Positions 16,152-29,045 of a DNA stretch of 64,000 nt are shown in pieces. Location of the stretch: NCBI GenBank assembly GCA_009103225.1, contig RHPI01002438.1, positions 490,750-554,749 on the forward strand, given 5' to 3'. The position numbers and the translations under genes are program-made. The notes below the pieces were generated by a model, which was not told the DNA's origin, did no database searches, and was given only the letters and a program-made list of their open reading frames with translations. Origin of the DNA: Chlorokybus atmophyticus. Its lineage: Eukaryota; Plantae; Mesostigma and Chlorokybus algae. How positions within the stretch are numbered: position 1 is the stretch's first letter; each line of letters opens with the position of its first letter.

Positions 16152-18226
16152 GGTTGGTTCTGACTAGTTGACAACCGGCGTTATTGAAGGCCTTCGTGCA
16201 ACCAGGTGCTGGTAACCCATGTAACGTGCAACAGCTGTCCACCATCAAAGTGTGTATACATTGTTTTGTATAGGTATAGGTAAAGTTTTGCGGCTAGCCC
16301 AATTATCCCGCAATGTTTCCAACCTTGGCTGTCACTATACCACCGTTGCTGGAAAGTCGTGGTGACTTCTTGTTGTAAGAGAGTGGAACACGCTCTACGT
16401 TAACGCTTGCTGTACTATTATGTACTCAAATGCCTTGAGTATGCTTTAGCAACCGGCAATGTGGTGACATAGACAAGTGATCAGCAGTTGTACTTGTAAC
16501 CCGCTTTTGCACAATTGCATCTTTGATGACTCAGCATGCTTCATGGCAACTGCCAAAGGTCGGTGCACATATGACTAAAGCATAAAGCATAAAGCAAGTC
16601 ATAGAAGCTTGGGTATACTTGGCCTATAGCCTATAGCCTATAGGCTTTAGGCCAAGATGCAGGCTCTTGTTAGCTATCCATATTCCGCCCAGTTTATCCT
16701 AATGTGAGGAAAACATATATAACATTGGTCATGGTCAGCCCAAACGACCGGTGTCCACCCCGGCATTGCCGCCACTGCTCCTCTCTTTATGGCTTGCGCA
16801 CGCTGAAATGCACAGGCGACTTGCTAGTGGGCCAGGTGCACAAACCCCTCAGATTGCTGCGCATGATGTTCCGACTTTGCACCATGTCATGATGTAACGC
16901 GCACACATGCGCAGAATGTGCGGAAAGTCTTCCCCAAGCATGTCATGCGTCTCCATCGCCATCGGGTAGAGGGAGTCGTCGGGTGGGTGGCAAATTGTGT
17001 GGCATATGAGCGTACACCAGCATTAGTGTTGAGTGCACTATGCATCACCAGTCCCACATCCTATTGTTTGTAAACACACACACCGCGCCACACACGCACA
17101 CGCATGCAGCCACTTGCACACAGACACAAACCAGATTAACCCCTCCCCAGCTGTAACCTCATAACAACACTTCAAACCTCATACATAGAAGGACCATCCA
17201 TGTGCATTGCACACTGTAACACGTAATGCAACACAGGCAGAAGCAACAACATGCGATGTGGAATCAATGCAAGGAAAGGCTCCCCCCCATCTACAGCGGC
17301 GCAGAACAGAGGAGAGGAGTAGATAAAGATTATCATGTGTGAACGTTGTGTACCTTACAATATTGTGCTACTATATGCATGATATGAAAAGCTCATGTCA
17401 GCACATCATTACGACACACATGTTGTACACTTAATGTTCTTTTTTCTGACAAATGCCGTATGTATGCAATTACGCTTGTCTCTCACATGTTCATATTAAC
17501 ATACAATTCATGTACGTGCATTTTTACGCATATGTGTACATGTAACACATTTATAAAGTCTCGTCATGACTTATATATGATTCAAAATCACATTTGATTC
17601 ATGACGAGTTTATAGTAGATTATGCATACATCATGTTGATGTAAAAATATTACGCTCATTGTAGACAAATGTGCTTGAAATCAAATTGAAGTCGCCGGAT
17701 TGAACGCTGCAGATGTTGTGATAACATGTGTTTTAAACGTTATGGATAACCTATATATATGTTGTACACTCTTGAAAGGATGATGCTGAAAGTAATGCAC
17801 TAATTCTAAAAATGTCAATTTCACACACTATAAATGTAGTGGTATCTACCAACTTCAAGACCCATTGAGAATGTGGAGTCCCCCCCCTCCCTCCCGTCCC
17901 TGCCCTTGTAAAATTGTAAACATGCGCCGCAGATTATTGCTCTCAGAAAGTATGACGTCATCAAGTACGCCGCGGGATACCCAACACTGTAGGACCTTCC
18001 AGCACAGACGGAAACGCTTGCAGCAGCATTCGTGCGCAGCCTGCACGGCGGCGGCAGCAGCAGCGTCGGCGGCGGCGGCGGGGTGTTTAAGCCGCAGGCT
18101 TCTGGAGTCAGGGACGAAGGCCAGTTGTTGGCCAGTCGTACTGCTGCGGTCGGTTCTTGCCAAAAGGGACGGTATCCGGTGGAGGGCAGCGCAACCAGGC
18201 AACCCGGCAGGCTGGCGGCCGCCGCC

Positions 18227-20696
18227 ATGGAGTACAGGCTGCAGCAGCAGACCCCGGGCCAAGTGTAAGCTGCGGGTGTTGCGCATGGTTGACGTTTGGT
18301 GGTGTGCAGCGCTAAGCCTTGGTGTTGTTTGCTCTTGCGCTTTGCTGCAGCCCTGCCTCGTCGGGGCGTGCATGTGACATAGCTACCAACATGTTGCTCC
18401 GTCCTGGCAAATCTTGTTTGCAATCAATCCAGTTCTCAGTTGCACATGGTCAAGCATAAGGGACTTGAATTTGCTAAGCAGATAGATTTGCTGGCTTAGT
18501 TGAGTCATAGTTTGTGGTATAGTAGCTTTGCTTCGCTGTGCATGCAGTTGAAGCTGGGTGGCTTGTGCAGACTATGTTGCCTGTGCGGGACGCCTATTGT
18601 TTCAAATCCGGCGAACATGTGCGTGCAGTGCATACGCACGCAGGTGGACATCACAGAGGGCATCAACAAACAGGTAGGTTGATTTGGTCTGCCTGTATGT
18701 GTTGCAGATTTAACCAAAGCAAGCTGTTGGCAAGGTAGTTACGCTGATATTCTGCCTACGTTACATGGCGTGTATTTGGAGTGTTTCGCCAATCTGCCAA
18801 CATTTGCCAATTCGCCAAAGTCCTGCTTACTTCTTCGTTCGCCAAGCTGTTGTGGATTTCGCTGTTCCTTACTTGCGCACATCATGTGTGTGTAGGCTGT
18901 TGTGCTCAACTGTCAAGAGTGCAACCGATGGCATACACCACCAAAGGCTTGGCTCAAAGCTGAGCCCGAGAGCAAAGAGCTCCTCACCTTGTGCTTGAAG
19001 AAGTTGAAAAACCTGAACAAGGTGAGCTACGAGCAGCTTCTCACTCTTGTGCATGTGCATGCTTGCGCATGTTTATGAGTAAAGCGTCAACTTTGGTACT
19101 AAATTGCAGGTCATGGTTGTGCATGTCGTGTTGTGCATGTGTTTGAAATAGTTGTTCTGGTTATCAGGTCAAGCTAGTGGATGCGGGTTTCATATGGACA
19201 GAGCCGCATTCAAAAAGGCTGAAAGTGAAGGTGACAATACAGAAAGAGATATTCAATGGGGCCATTGTACAGCAGGCGTTTGTCGTTGAGTATGTCGTGC
19301 AGAACAACCTGTGTGATATCTGTCAAAAAGCAGCCGCCAACTCGGACCAGTGGGTGGCCGCAGTGCAGGTATCGCCGATATGATGCTGGCTATGTTGGCC
19401 TTGTTGGTGATGCAAAACTGCTGCGTGCAGCAATTTTTCTGTAACGTGCTTCAAAGACATTAATTATGTATCTGTGGTGCAGGTCCGGCAAAAGGTTGAG
19501 CACAAAAGGACATTTCTGTTCTTAGAGCAGATCATTCTGAAGCACGCAGCTGACGCTTTCACGGTCAACATCAAGGAGATGCATGATGGCGTGGATTTCT
19601 TCTACGCGAACCGCAGCCACGCCATGAAGTTTGTGGAGTTTCTCAACGCTGTTGTGCCGGTCAAATCGCGCCATGACAAGCAGCTCATCTCTCACGACTC
19701 GCACTCCAACACGTACAACTACAAGTACACCTTTTCTGTTGAGATTGTGCCGGTAAGTGAACATCTTATGTTTGCCCTGTTGGTTGGCAATTGTGCACTG
19801 ACTTCTTCTGACTGTGTAGTGTTGTTGACGTGGCATGTTTGTGACAGGTTTGTAAAGACGACTTGGTTTGCCTTTCAGCTAGAGTGTCGGCGGCGCTGGG
19901 TAACATCGGGCAGCTGTTGCTTGTGACAAGGGTGTCGAACGCGCTGCTGGTATTGAACCCGCGCACGCTGCGCACGGCGTATGTCGATGCGACTACATAC
20001 TGGCGTTATCCTTTCCGCCCGCTGATGACGAGCAGGCAACTCATTGAGTACGTCGTGCTGGACATTGAGCCGATGGACACGGTTGTGACGGCGGGATCAA
20101 TGAAGTACGCTCTAGCGGAGGCCACTGTTGCGCGCGCATCGGACTTTGGCGTGAACGACACACAGTTCATCGCCAGGACGCACCTCGGACACCTGCTGAA
20201 GCCTGGCGACCTTGCCATGGGCTATGATGTGGCCGGCATCAACTCCAACGACGAGGAGTTTGAGAAGGTTCTCGCCAAGTCCGCCGGCGACCTCCCTGAC
20301 GTTGTCCTTGTCAAAAAGAGCTACGAGGAGAGCCGCAAGAAGAACCGCGGGCGCAGGCGGCGCGCGTGGCGCCTCAAGCGCCTCAATGCCGAGCAGGCGG
20401 ATGTTCCCATGAAGGGCGAGGCCGACAAAGACCAGAACGACTATGAGAAGTTCCTGGAAGAGCTCGAGGAGGATCCGGACATGCGTTCCAGGATCGCACT
20501 GTACAAGGACCCTGAAGCTGTCGCCGCCGCACAGCAGCAGCAGCAGAAACAGCCACAGCAGCAGCCGCCGCCTCAAGCGGATGAGGGTGATGCTGAGCCC
20601 TTGCCTGAGGTGCCCCTGGAAGAGCTTCTGGATGCGATGACGCTGGCTGAGGATGGCGAAGACGATGATGATGATGTTGAGAGCATGGACACCTGA
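18227..20696 (+). CDS. NMD3: 60S ribosomal export adaptor NMD3
   Basis: Exon 1 (18227-18264, MEYRLQQQTPGQV) joins LCCLCGTPIVSNPANMCVQCIRTQVDITEGI. Later exons give DAGFIWTEPHSKRLKVKVTIQKEI, AVQVRQKVEHKRTFLFLEQIILKH, KQLISHDSHSNTYNYKYTFSVEIVP and an acidic C-terminus ending at 20696. Confidence 0.96.
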
Positions 20697-22048
20697 GCAG
20701 CGGCAGAAAGAGTTTGATGCTGTTATTGCCGCGTGGTACCATCTCGGTACCTGGGCAATGACTTCGTATAGGGTGGGGCTGCCCGGCTTGGTCGTCGGCG
20801 TGTTGGCGTGCTGTTGCGTGCAACCTCAGCTGGCTGCTTGAGGTGTACCGCAGAGTGCACCACTACTTCGCAACAGAGGTCTGCTCCTCAGTGCCACACA
20901 TGTCCTATTGTGGAGGCCGGTGAAGCCACTTGGTGTCATTGAGCACATGTTGTGCTGATGACGAGCTGCCGGAATATTGCCTTTGCCATTGGCAAGGAGC
21001 TGTACCACTTTGCCCACCATCTGCACGCGGTACCAATGAGCACCGGCTAGCGTTACTGCATCTCTCTTCCTGATTGTCGCAGGCTGGCTTGCAGGGAGTG
21101 TTCAGGATGCCTGGGCTTGAGGATTGTCATGTTTAGCTGCCATCAGAGTTTCTTGGATTGCTGATCAGCATCGTGTGGGTCTCAGGCCGTAGCAGCTTAG
21201 CATACCATGCATTGTGCAGAGATAGTCCATCTCGCTGTCATGGCCGCGTCCTACCTAGTGTCTGACTGATGGCGTCGTCAATTGATTGAGAGAACAGATG
21301 CATTCTACACTGTGTAGTGGCTCGGTAAACCACTGTTTCCACTTTTACCCAATACTCAGCTGCAGAGTAGGTGGAAGTTTACTCTGCTGATGGCAAGGGT
21401 ACCTTGCCTGTTAGGGCCTCATTGTGCAATGCTTGTGTTGGTTGGTGACGATGTGCTTGTGAGTCCGCCGGTCACTCAGTTGTGCTGTGAATAGCATATC
21501 ATACTGTTGCAACAACATGAAACCACAGAACGAGCAGTGCGCCGCAGCAATAACACATGCTTTCATGATGGATCGTTGCATTGATAGCATCAACAGCAGC
21601 TACAACCAGCAAACCTACGCCAAGCAGCTACAGTTACAGCTACAACTACAAACCAAGTTGATGGTACAATTCCTCGAGAATCCTGTCAAATGAGCCCGTA
21701 ATCACACAGGCTGTGCTGCAATGAAAGTAGCCTGCAATTAGCACATGCATACTGTTTCAACATCACAAACCAGCTTCAGCTGCAGGAGGCACTCACCTCT
21801 CCCATCGTTAATGTTGCTTGCAGTTTTTGCATGCGCGTGCTTGCATAATCATTGATCACCTGGGAGCTACCCTGACATTGCTTTTGCTGCACATAGCCAG
21901 AAATAGCATGGGCTTAGGGTTTTTCTTATCGTCACCTGTCGTTAGCAAGGATATCGCATTGCATATGAAAACTGGTAGTCGACCAACTGTAATCAAGCAT
22001 ACTGTATCTTGCTATAACTCACATCTTGCAGTCACATTCGCCTTTCTC

Positions 22049-22200
22049 GTTTGACACCTGGCACGCACAGAGCTCATCATCACCCCTGCCCAGCCATTAC
22101 GCCCAATCACTTACGGGCACACTTGTTTGACACCTGGCACGCACAGAGCTCATCATCACCCCTGCCCAGCCATCACGCCCACTCACTTACGGGCACACTT
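22049..22200. repeat. Near-perfect 2 x 76 bp tandem duplication
   Basis: GTTTGACACCTGGCACGCACAGAGCTCATCATCACCCCTGCCCAGCCAT(T/C)ACGCCCA(A/C)TCACTTACGGGCACACTT at 22049-22124 and 22125-22200, differing at 2 positions. Confidence 0.95.
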
Positions 22201-22555
22201 GTTGAAAAAGGGTAGGTGCCGCTCTAGTACTGTACTTACCATGTTGAAGACTCTGATGCGTTGAGTTGGGCTCTTGCTCGTTAGGTTTGTGCTGTCCACC
22301 GCTCGACTCCAAAGTATTGGATTCATGGCTTCCTTCAATGGCTGCTGCATCAAAGGCCTGTTCACTGATTACGTCAGTGTAGACATCAGCATGATGGCTT
22401 GCGCACAAGCCAGTAGAGTTGCACGTATACCCACGCACACGCACATGCTTGTGACAGTATGTAACCTGTGTGATGTGCAGCACTCAGCGAAGGTCACCTG
22501 CTGTGGTTGCAAATGTTGCTCATTGTGAGTGGCTGAGGTGACTACAGTGGCATCG

Positions 22556-24440
22556 CTAATGCCTTGAGAAGGGAAAGACGCACCCGTCACCCTGCCACTT
22601 GTTGTGGTTGATGTTGGCAGCGTCGGTGTAGCGATTGGGACAGTTGTGGTTGCCGCAGAGGTAGCAAAGGGTGGCATCGGACTTGTGCTTAGTCTGAAAC
22701 CCAAGCCCCTGTGCGGAAAGTCCTTGAATCGCTCTGTCAAGCTTGGCAGGTGAGGAAGCAGAAGTGCCAACTGAGCCCGAGGCAGGCTCAGTTGCTGCTG
22801 AGGGTGGCGGTGCGCTTTGAAACAGACTTGCAATGGTTAGCGTTGATGCGGGTGTCCTTAACAAAGGTGGATTTGACGTTTTGGTGGGTGCTGAATTCGT
22901 CAAGGGAGGAGTGCTTGGAAAACTGAAACTGAAGCTTTGGGCAACTGTTGAGACTGATGGAGCTATGCTGGGACAAGACGCCGTCGATGCGGGAGAAGGG
23001 CTGGTGTTGAACCCGAAGGGCTGCGTGCCCTGTAAGGCACTTGACCCAAACTTTGGACTTGGCACTGGTGCGCTGAAAACTGGCATCGACTGTGGCATAA
23101 AAGCAGCAACAGTTGAGCCCGATTTTGATGGAGAAACAGGTATGCCGAACACTGTGGGCGCAGGTGCATGCGAAGGTGTGGCTTTCGAGGCTGCAACTAA
23201 GTCTGCAAGAGTGCTGCTTCCGAACGCTCCAAATCCGTTAGGTGGAGAACTGGTTGGGAGCGGTGCACTAGTGGTTGTGGTTGCATCAGACACCTTGATA
23301 GCTGGATTGGTGGCTAGACCAGCGGGCAGCGTAGTAGTGGTGGATATACTAGGAGTAGTAAAAGTGGCATTGATGGTCGAGGTCTGAGACGTCGCATCAG
23401 GGTCATTAGTAGTGGACATGGTTGCTGGGCTGATGGCAGGTGCAGTAGTACTGATAGTGCTTGAGGTGAGACCGGTAGTGGCAGTAGTAGGGATGGTGTT
23501 GGTGGATGCACTGCCTGATACGGCTGTACCAGTTGGAGCTCGAGGGCCGAACTGGCTAACAGTTGCAGGAGGTGTCGCAGCAGTGTTGTGTGGTGTTGTC
23601 AATATAGTGGTTGTTGCTGATGGTGTTGTTGTAGTGGTTGTGGTTGTTACTGGTGACGATGTGGTAGTAGTGGTCGTGGTGGTACTTGTAGTCGTTGTTG
23701 TTGTGATTGTACCAACGCTGGTAATGGTTGTGGTAGTCGTTGTAGTAGTAGAAACAGGCGCACTTGCAGGAGCATGGGTGGGCAAGGAGCTGGCGAGGAT
23801 TACTGGGGTTGGCATAACCGGCTGAATGTTGTTGAACCAAGAGGGCGTTGGTGGAACCTGAAAAATGGGCACTCCAAACACATCTGCAGCAACCATGCCA
23901 GGGCTAACCACACATGTACATGAAACAGCATCTCATCTGATCAACAGCAAACGTACTGCGTGCAGCTTGCCAGTCCTCCCAGCGCACTTCCTCAACGGAC
24001 TTGTTGACGTATTGAGGCATTGCCGAGATGGACACATGTCGCCCCCACGCTGCCTGTGAACCATTATCATACACCTGCAATGAAGTATCCACCAGGAATG
24101 GTCAGGGATCCCTGCCATACCATTTAAAACTATGATTGTTGGAAGCAACCATGGCACAACAAAAAACAGTGTGTGGCGAGCGTACCCATGTCTCTGTGTA
24201 AGGCGTTCCACGTGTCCCACTCGGCTGCCAAGTGCTGGCTTGAGCAAAGTTGGTGGCGCCGCAACCTGTGCCAATAGAAAGCGACTTGGACTATGCATGT
24301 GCGTACATGCGTACTGAAACATTCGTTGCACAGGACAGCTGCACGGCAAAGCCTCTGGACTGTAGTGCTGCTGATCTGCTGTAACTGACCGACCATACAT
24401 GCACAAGTGCAACTCACCCTGCTGCATAGATGGCGGAGCG
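22556..24440 (-). CDS. Nup98-like GLEBS (Rae1/Gle2-binding) motif protein with a long Thr/Ser/Pro-rich, sparsely FG-containing region; both ends uncertain
   Basis: Exons 24418-24440, 24186-24265 and one starting at 24074 give GTRGTPYTETW|VYDNGSQAAWGRHVSISAMPQYVNKSVEEVRWEDWQ, which matches the plant Nup98 GLEBS pattern (SISAMPxYxxKSxEELRWEDYQ). The large exon (ORF 22556-23911) is T/S/P-rich with scattered FG/FS motifs. Confidence 0.6.
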
Positions 24441-25387
24441 CTAAAGCAGAGCTGAGTGAACTAAAGCTAAACATGGATGTTGTCGCTGTTGCAGAAAGAT
24501 TCGGGGTGCTGGCGGGCGTGGCAAATGTTGCCGTCACAGTTTCAATAAGACGGCTCTTGCATGAAGGCAAAGTCATACGTGGCAACCAGCTGGACCCAAT
24601 TCACATCTAAATGCGCATAACATAAGACCATAGCAACCACAGTGGCTATGCGCTTGTGTTACCGATCCATAGCACTTTCCTGGGTACACGACAAGCATGA
24701 AGCATACGCACTGCATGACACACGCATATCACATTGTTGCCATCAGCATTTGCACGCATTGGTTCTTGCGCATCAAGCCAACTACCTGGTCGTTGCATGT
24801 CAGTACAACAACCAGTTGGTCCGCTACATGCAAACAGTTCAAGAAGTAATGCGGGTGCCACAACGGCCATGGCGCCCAAGCACAGCACGAGCACACTTGA
24901 ACGGCTAGCTCACCACAACTCTGGCCAGCAGGAGCAGGAGGGGGCGCCCAAGAGCTCATCGCTGCTACCAGCGCAGGCCCTGATCCTCGACTACTACAAC
25001 CCTCCACTCTGCCGCCTCCCAATGCACTGGCTGCCCGTTGCTGTAGCTGTCTACACAACGCAGCTTGCTGAGAGCGCAGCGAATGCAGTTAGGTGGGCAG
25101 CTCAACTTAATCCCGGTCACGACTGCGGTTGACGGCGTCAACCCAACGATACGTTTGCAGCGGGAGCCGTTAAACAACAACTCTTGCGCGAGCGCGACTT
25201 TAACTACAGACTGTAGACTGCAGTACAGAAGGTGCGACGGCATTGCTGTGCGCGCAGTTACAACTTCAGTTAAGGCGGACAAAATAACCCGGTTGTAACG
25301 GCGCCAGGGTAGGGAGGCAAGTTATAGCTATAGTTCTGGCTAGTTTCATCGCCGCCGTCGTCGCCGCCGTCGCCGCGGCTGGCCAGG

Positions 25388-28300
25388 ATGGCGGCACTGG
25401 ACGAGCATGCGTACCTGGAGGAGGCTCTAGAACGGGTGAGTTGGCTGGGCCTGTTGTTGGCGCGGCTCGCGCTGCGTGGTATGCAATGCTTGCACCGGCG
25501 AGCCGCCTTAGGGTTAGGGTTTCCTACGCTAGGTTTTGCTGGTCTTGCTGGTAGGTTGACGGTGATTGCTGCCGGCGTGGTGGTTGCCGAAGACGCTTGT
25601 CGCTTGTGGTCTTGGTGTCGTGCCGGCGTTGCCACATTGCAGCTTGTGCAGCTACAGCGGCAGAAATTGTTTTGTCGCGTTAAGCTTGTCTCCTGTTGCA
25701 GGGTGTAACTGATGCCGGGAAAGAAGCCAACGGCAATGGCAAGGAGGCTCGCAATGCTGAGGATGTACAGAAGAGCGATGGCGCCTCCAAGCGCAGCAAG
25801 GAGGGTGAGAGGGAGCATGGGCGCGATCGAGAAGGTCGCGACAGGGAGCGGGACAAAGACAAGGAGAAGGACAGGGATGGACGGCGGGACAAGGACAAGG
25901 ACAGGGAGAGGGACGGGCACAAAGATCATCGAGAACGGGATCGTGACCGAGACCGAGATAGGGATAGTAATAGAGATCGCGAGGTGCGCAGGAGCAGCAG
26001 AGATGATAAAAGGGAAGGCAAGGACGATAAGGCTGTGCGTGATGAACGCAGACCTGATCGCGATCGCGACAGAGAGCGGTCCAGGTCAGACCGCGATCGC
26101 CCCAGGGAAGAACGGCATCCCCGCGACGCTAAGTAAGTGCAGCACATGTTAAACTCGCTGCTTAGCTTAGATCACTAGATTGATTGGTACTGCACTACTT
26201 AGGCCGCGATCTCGGTCTCCTTCACGACCGCACCATCGCTCTAGGAGTAGAGAACGCAACAGATCCCGTAGCAAAGAGCGATCGCGAAAGAGGTATGCGA
26301 TATTCAAATGTGGTTTTGAAAGTGCTTTCAGATTGGCTTACGTTGCAGTACTTGCCTCTAAATTTGGATTGATGCTGAACATGTGTGTATAGAGCTGAGG
26401 AAGAGGAAAAGGAACGGCTCCTTCGCGAGAGTCAAGATCCAATCCTGATGGCACAGCGCGAGCGAGGTAAGTTATTGCAATCAGGATTTGCATTCATGTG
26501 TTCTCTATCTAGGCTGCTGTTGTGTGCTTGATTGGTGTGCAATACTTTGACGTGGTGTTGGTGATGTGTGGCAGAACGGGAGATGGAGGAGTTGGAGCGC
26601 ATGTGCAAGACTGTGTATGCTTACAATCTCAACACCAAGGCCGATGAGCGGGACCTGTTTGAATTTTTCTCACAAGCGGGCAAAGTCATGGATGTATGTT
26701 GATAATGCCAGTGGTGCTATTGCATATGTGTCTGGTTGCATCTATGCCTCTTTAAGGGACCGCATGCTCGCAGTCAACCAACTCCGTCCTGAACAGGTAC
26801 GCCTGATCATGGACCGGAACTCGCGGCGCTCAAAGGGGTAGGTTCCTCTGGCATCAATAAAGTTGTGGATGGACCTTGCTTCATTATGGTTGCTTGGTGA
26901 ATTTTTGGAGTTTCGGGTCAATGTTGGCTGCTTGCATTGGTGCAATGCTGATAGCCGCTTTCACTCTGCCGCAGGCTGGCTTATATCGAGTATGCTGAAA
27001 AGGAGTCTGTGCCGCTTGCAATTGCACTATCCGGTCAGATGTTCATGAACCAGCCAGTGATGGTGAAACCTTCCGAGGCTGAGAAGAATGTGGTCGCTGC
27101 CGCTTCAGCGTAAGTCAACAGTTTGGACTGCATGTTGTGCGTGCATGCTGATGGACTTGGAGGCACATTCTTGATGTACGTGTGCTACTCATCAGATTAT
27201 GCTACGTGGAAGTGTATACGCTTTTGGCGGGCTTGATCAGCCACGATGCAGCAGCTTGTGGTGATGGGGATGCACATGAGACTGCGTGTTATATTAACTC
27301 TTGTTTTCTGGGTGCACTGTGATGGTGCTTAGCTTTTACTAACATACACCGGGCTTTACCTCCCTGTTGACCGATGCCAAGGAACTGACACGCATGCGAT
27401 CTGTGCCTTGGCAGGGCCATGCCATCTGGGCTTGGAGCGTTTGGGTTTGCCTCTGGTGGTCCAGTCAAGCTGTTTGTTGGCAATCTGCACCTCAACCTTA
27501 CAGAGGCAGATCTGCAAGGTGTCTTCGATCCTTTTGGTACAATTGATTTCATCCAGCTGGCCATTGATAATGACACCAGACGGTCCAAAGGCTACGCATA
27601 TGTGCAGTAAGTGCGCCGTCTCCTTTTATGATACACATCCTTCATAAATGTAGGCAAGGAGTTGGTCAACTCGTCAATCGGTTGGCTGTGTTGCGCAGAT
27701 ACCAGAATGCATCAGATGCTCAGCAAGCCATCCAGCAGTTGAACGGCATGGAGCTTGCAGGGAAGCAGGTGCGTGGCAAGACGCCTAGGCAATGGCAGTA
27801 TGCACCTGGCTTGCATCCATGGGGCAGTGCCGCCTAAAGTCAAAAACGGTTCTGGATGAATAGCTGATTGGTTGCGCGTGTGCTGTCTAACCAGGTGATG
27901 TCTGTTGCAGATGAAGGTTGCTGTACACACTGAAACTTCCAACATGAGCGGCATCAATCTTGGCGAGCTTGATGATGATGGTGGGTGATCTGCTCATTTG
28001 TGTTCATGTTGCATCTTTTGCGCCCTTTGTGTGACAAGGAATCTTGCAGAGGGTGGTGGCCTGGCGCTTAATGCTCAGTCAAGAGCAGCACTGATGGCCA
28101 AGCTCTCTGGCCAAGCAGTTCCCGGGGTCCCAACGCTGCCAGGCGCTCTACCGTCATGGATGCCTGGCGCAATGGTAAGGGAGAACCTGTGCAAAGTGCA
28201 TATGCACACCTACGCGCTATTTCTGTGTGGCTGCATGGTGCATTCCTATGCCAATCTGCTCTTATATGTACAGGCTGCCGCTCCTGCTGCCGCTCGACCG

Positions 28301-29045
28301 CAACAGCCAGCTACACCTCCTACGGCAACAGCGTCCCCTGTGCCGACGAATTGCATCTTGCTGAAGAACATGTTTGATCCCACGCAGTAAGTATTACAGC
28401 ACTTGTGATAAAATGTGGGTGCCAATTGGGGTGTGCAGCTAGCGTGATGATCCTACACTTTTGGACAGCACCAGTGCAGTGAGTCTTACCACACGAGATT
28501 TCTGACTAGCTGGTCTACCCCTCATTTGGTGCACACGGAAATTTGCATCAACCTCGGTTACACATACCATTATGGGCGGCTTGACTTGTAGTAACTGGTT
28601 TTGCTGGCATGCTCAGGGAGACCGAGCCAGAGTGGCATCTTGATATTCAAGATGACGTTCGTGACGAGTGTTCCAAGTATGGCAAAGTGAAGCACTGCTT
28701 CGTGGACAAAAACACCCAGGTGCGCTTTCAGTGGTAACATGGCTTCATTCCTATTGCTTCGTCTACTAACTGACGTGATTGTGGTCTTGTTGCAACTGCC
28801 ACAGGGCTATGTCTGGATGAAGTTTGAGACAGCGGCCAGCGCTATCCAAGCCAAGCAAGCACTTGATGGCCGCTGGTTTGCAGGGCGACAAATAACTGTC
28901 GAGTTCCAGGTATTGTCACGCGCTGCGTTCAGTTATGGCTGAACATGCAATAGCTGGAGTCAACCTGTTGCGTGGTTGAAATCTTGACTGAGTCATTGTT
29001 TTGCAGAACACAACGGCTTACGCGTCCAAGTTTTCGGACTCATAA
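25388..29045 (+). CDS. RBM39: RBM39/CAPER-like splicing factor (RS/RD domain, two RRMs, C-terminal UHM)
   Basis: RD/RS-rich N-terminus; RRM1 KTVYAYNL..ERDLFEFFSQAGKVMDVRLIMDRNSRRSKG; RRM2 KLFVGNLHLNLTEADLQGVFDPFG..SKGYAYVQY; linker GGGLALNAQSRAALMAKL; UHM CILLKNMFDP..DIQDDVRDECSKYGKV..GYVWMKF..LDGRWFAGRQI. Stop TAA at 29043-29045. Confidence 0.93.

Noticed and set aside
22049-22200. GTGATGA (box C-like) in the 76-bp repeat on the minus strand
   Set aside because: No CTGA box D at a suitable distance and no terminal stem.
22049-22200. CRISPR-like array
   Set aside because: Two directly abutting copies with no spacers in a eukaryotic locus; no cas genes.
22600-22670. CYLCGNHNC as a zinc-finger motif at the end of the 451-aa ORF
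   Set aside because: It lies in the segment that looks like an off-frame reading of Thr/Pro codons and has no canonical knuckle spacing.
23412-23825. Val-rich plus-strand ORF resembling a membrane protein
   Set aside because: It is the antisense reading of the Thr-rich exon (ACN codons read as Val).
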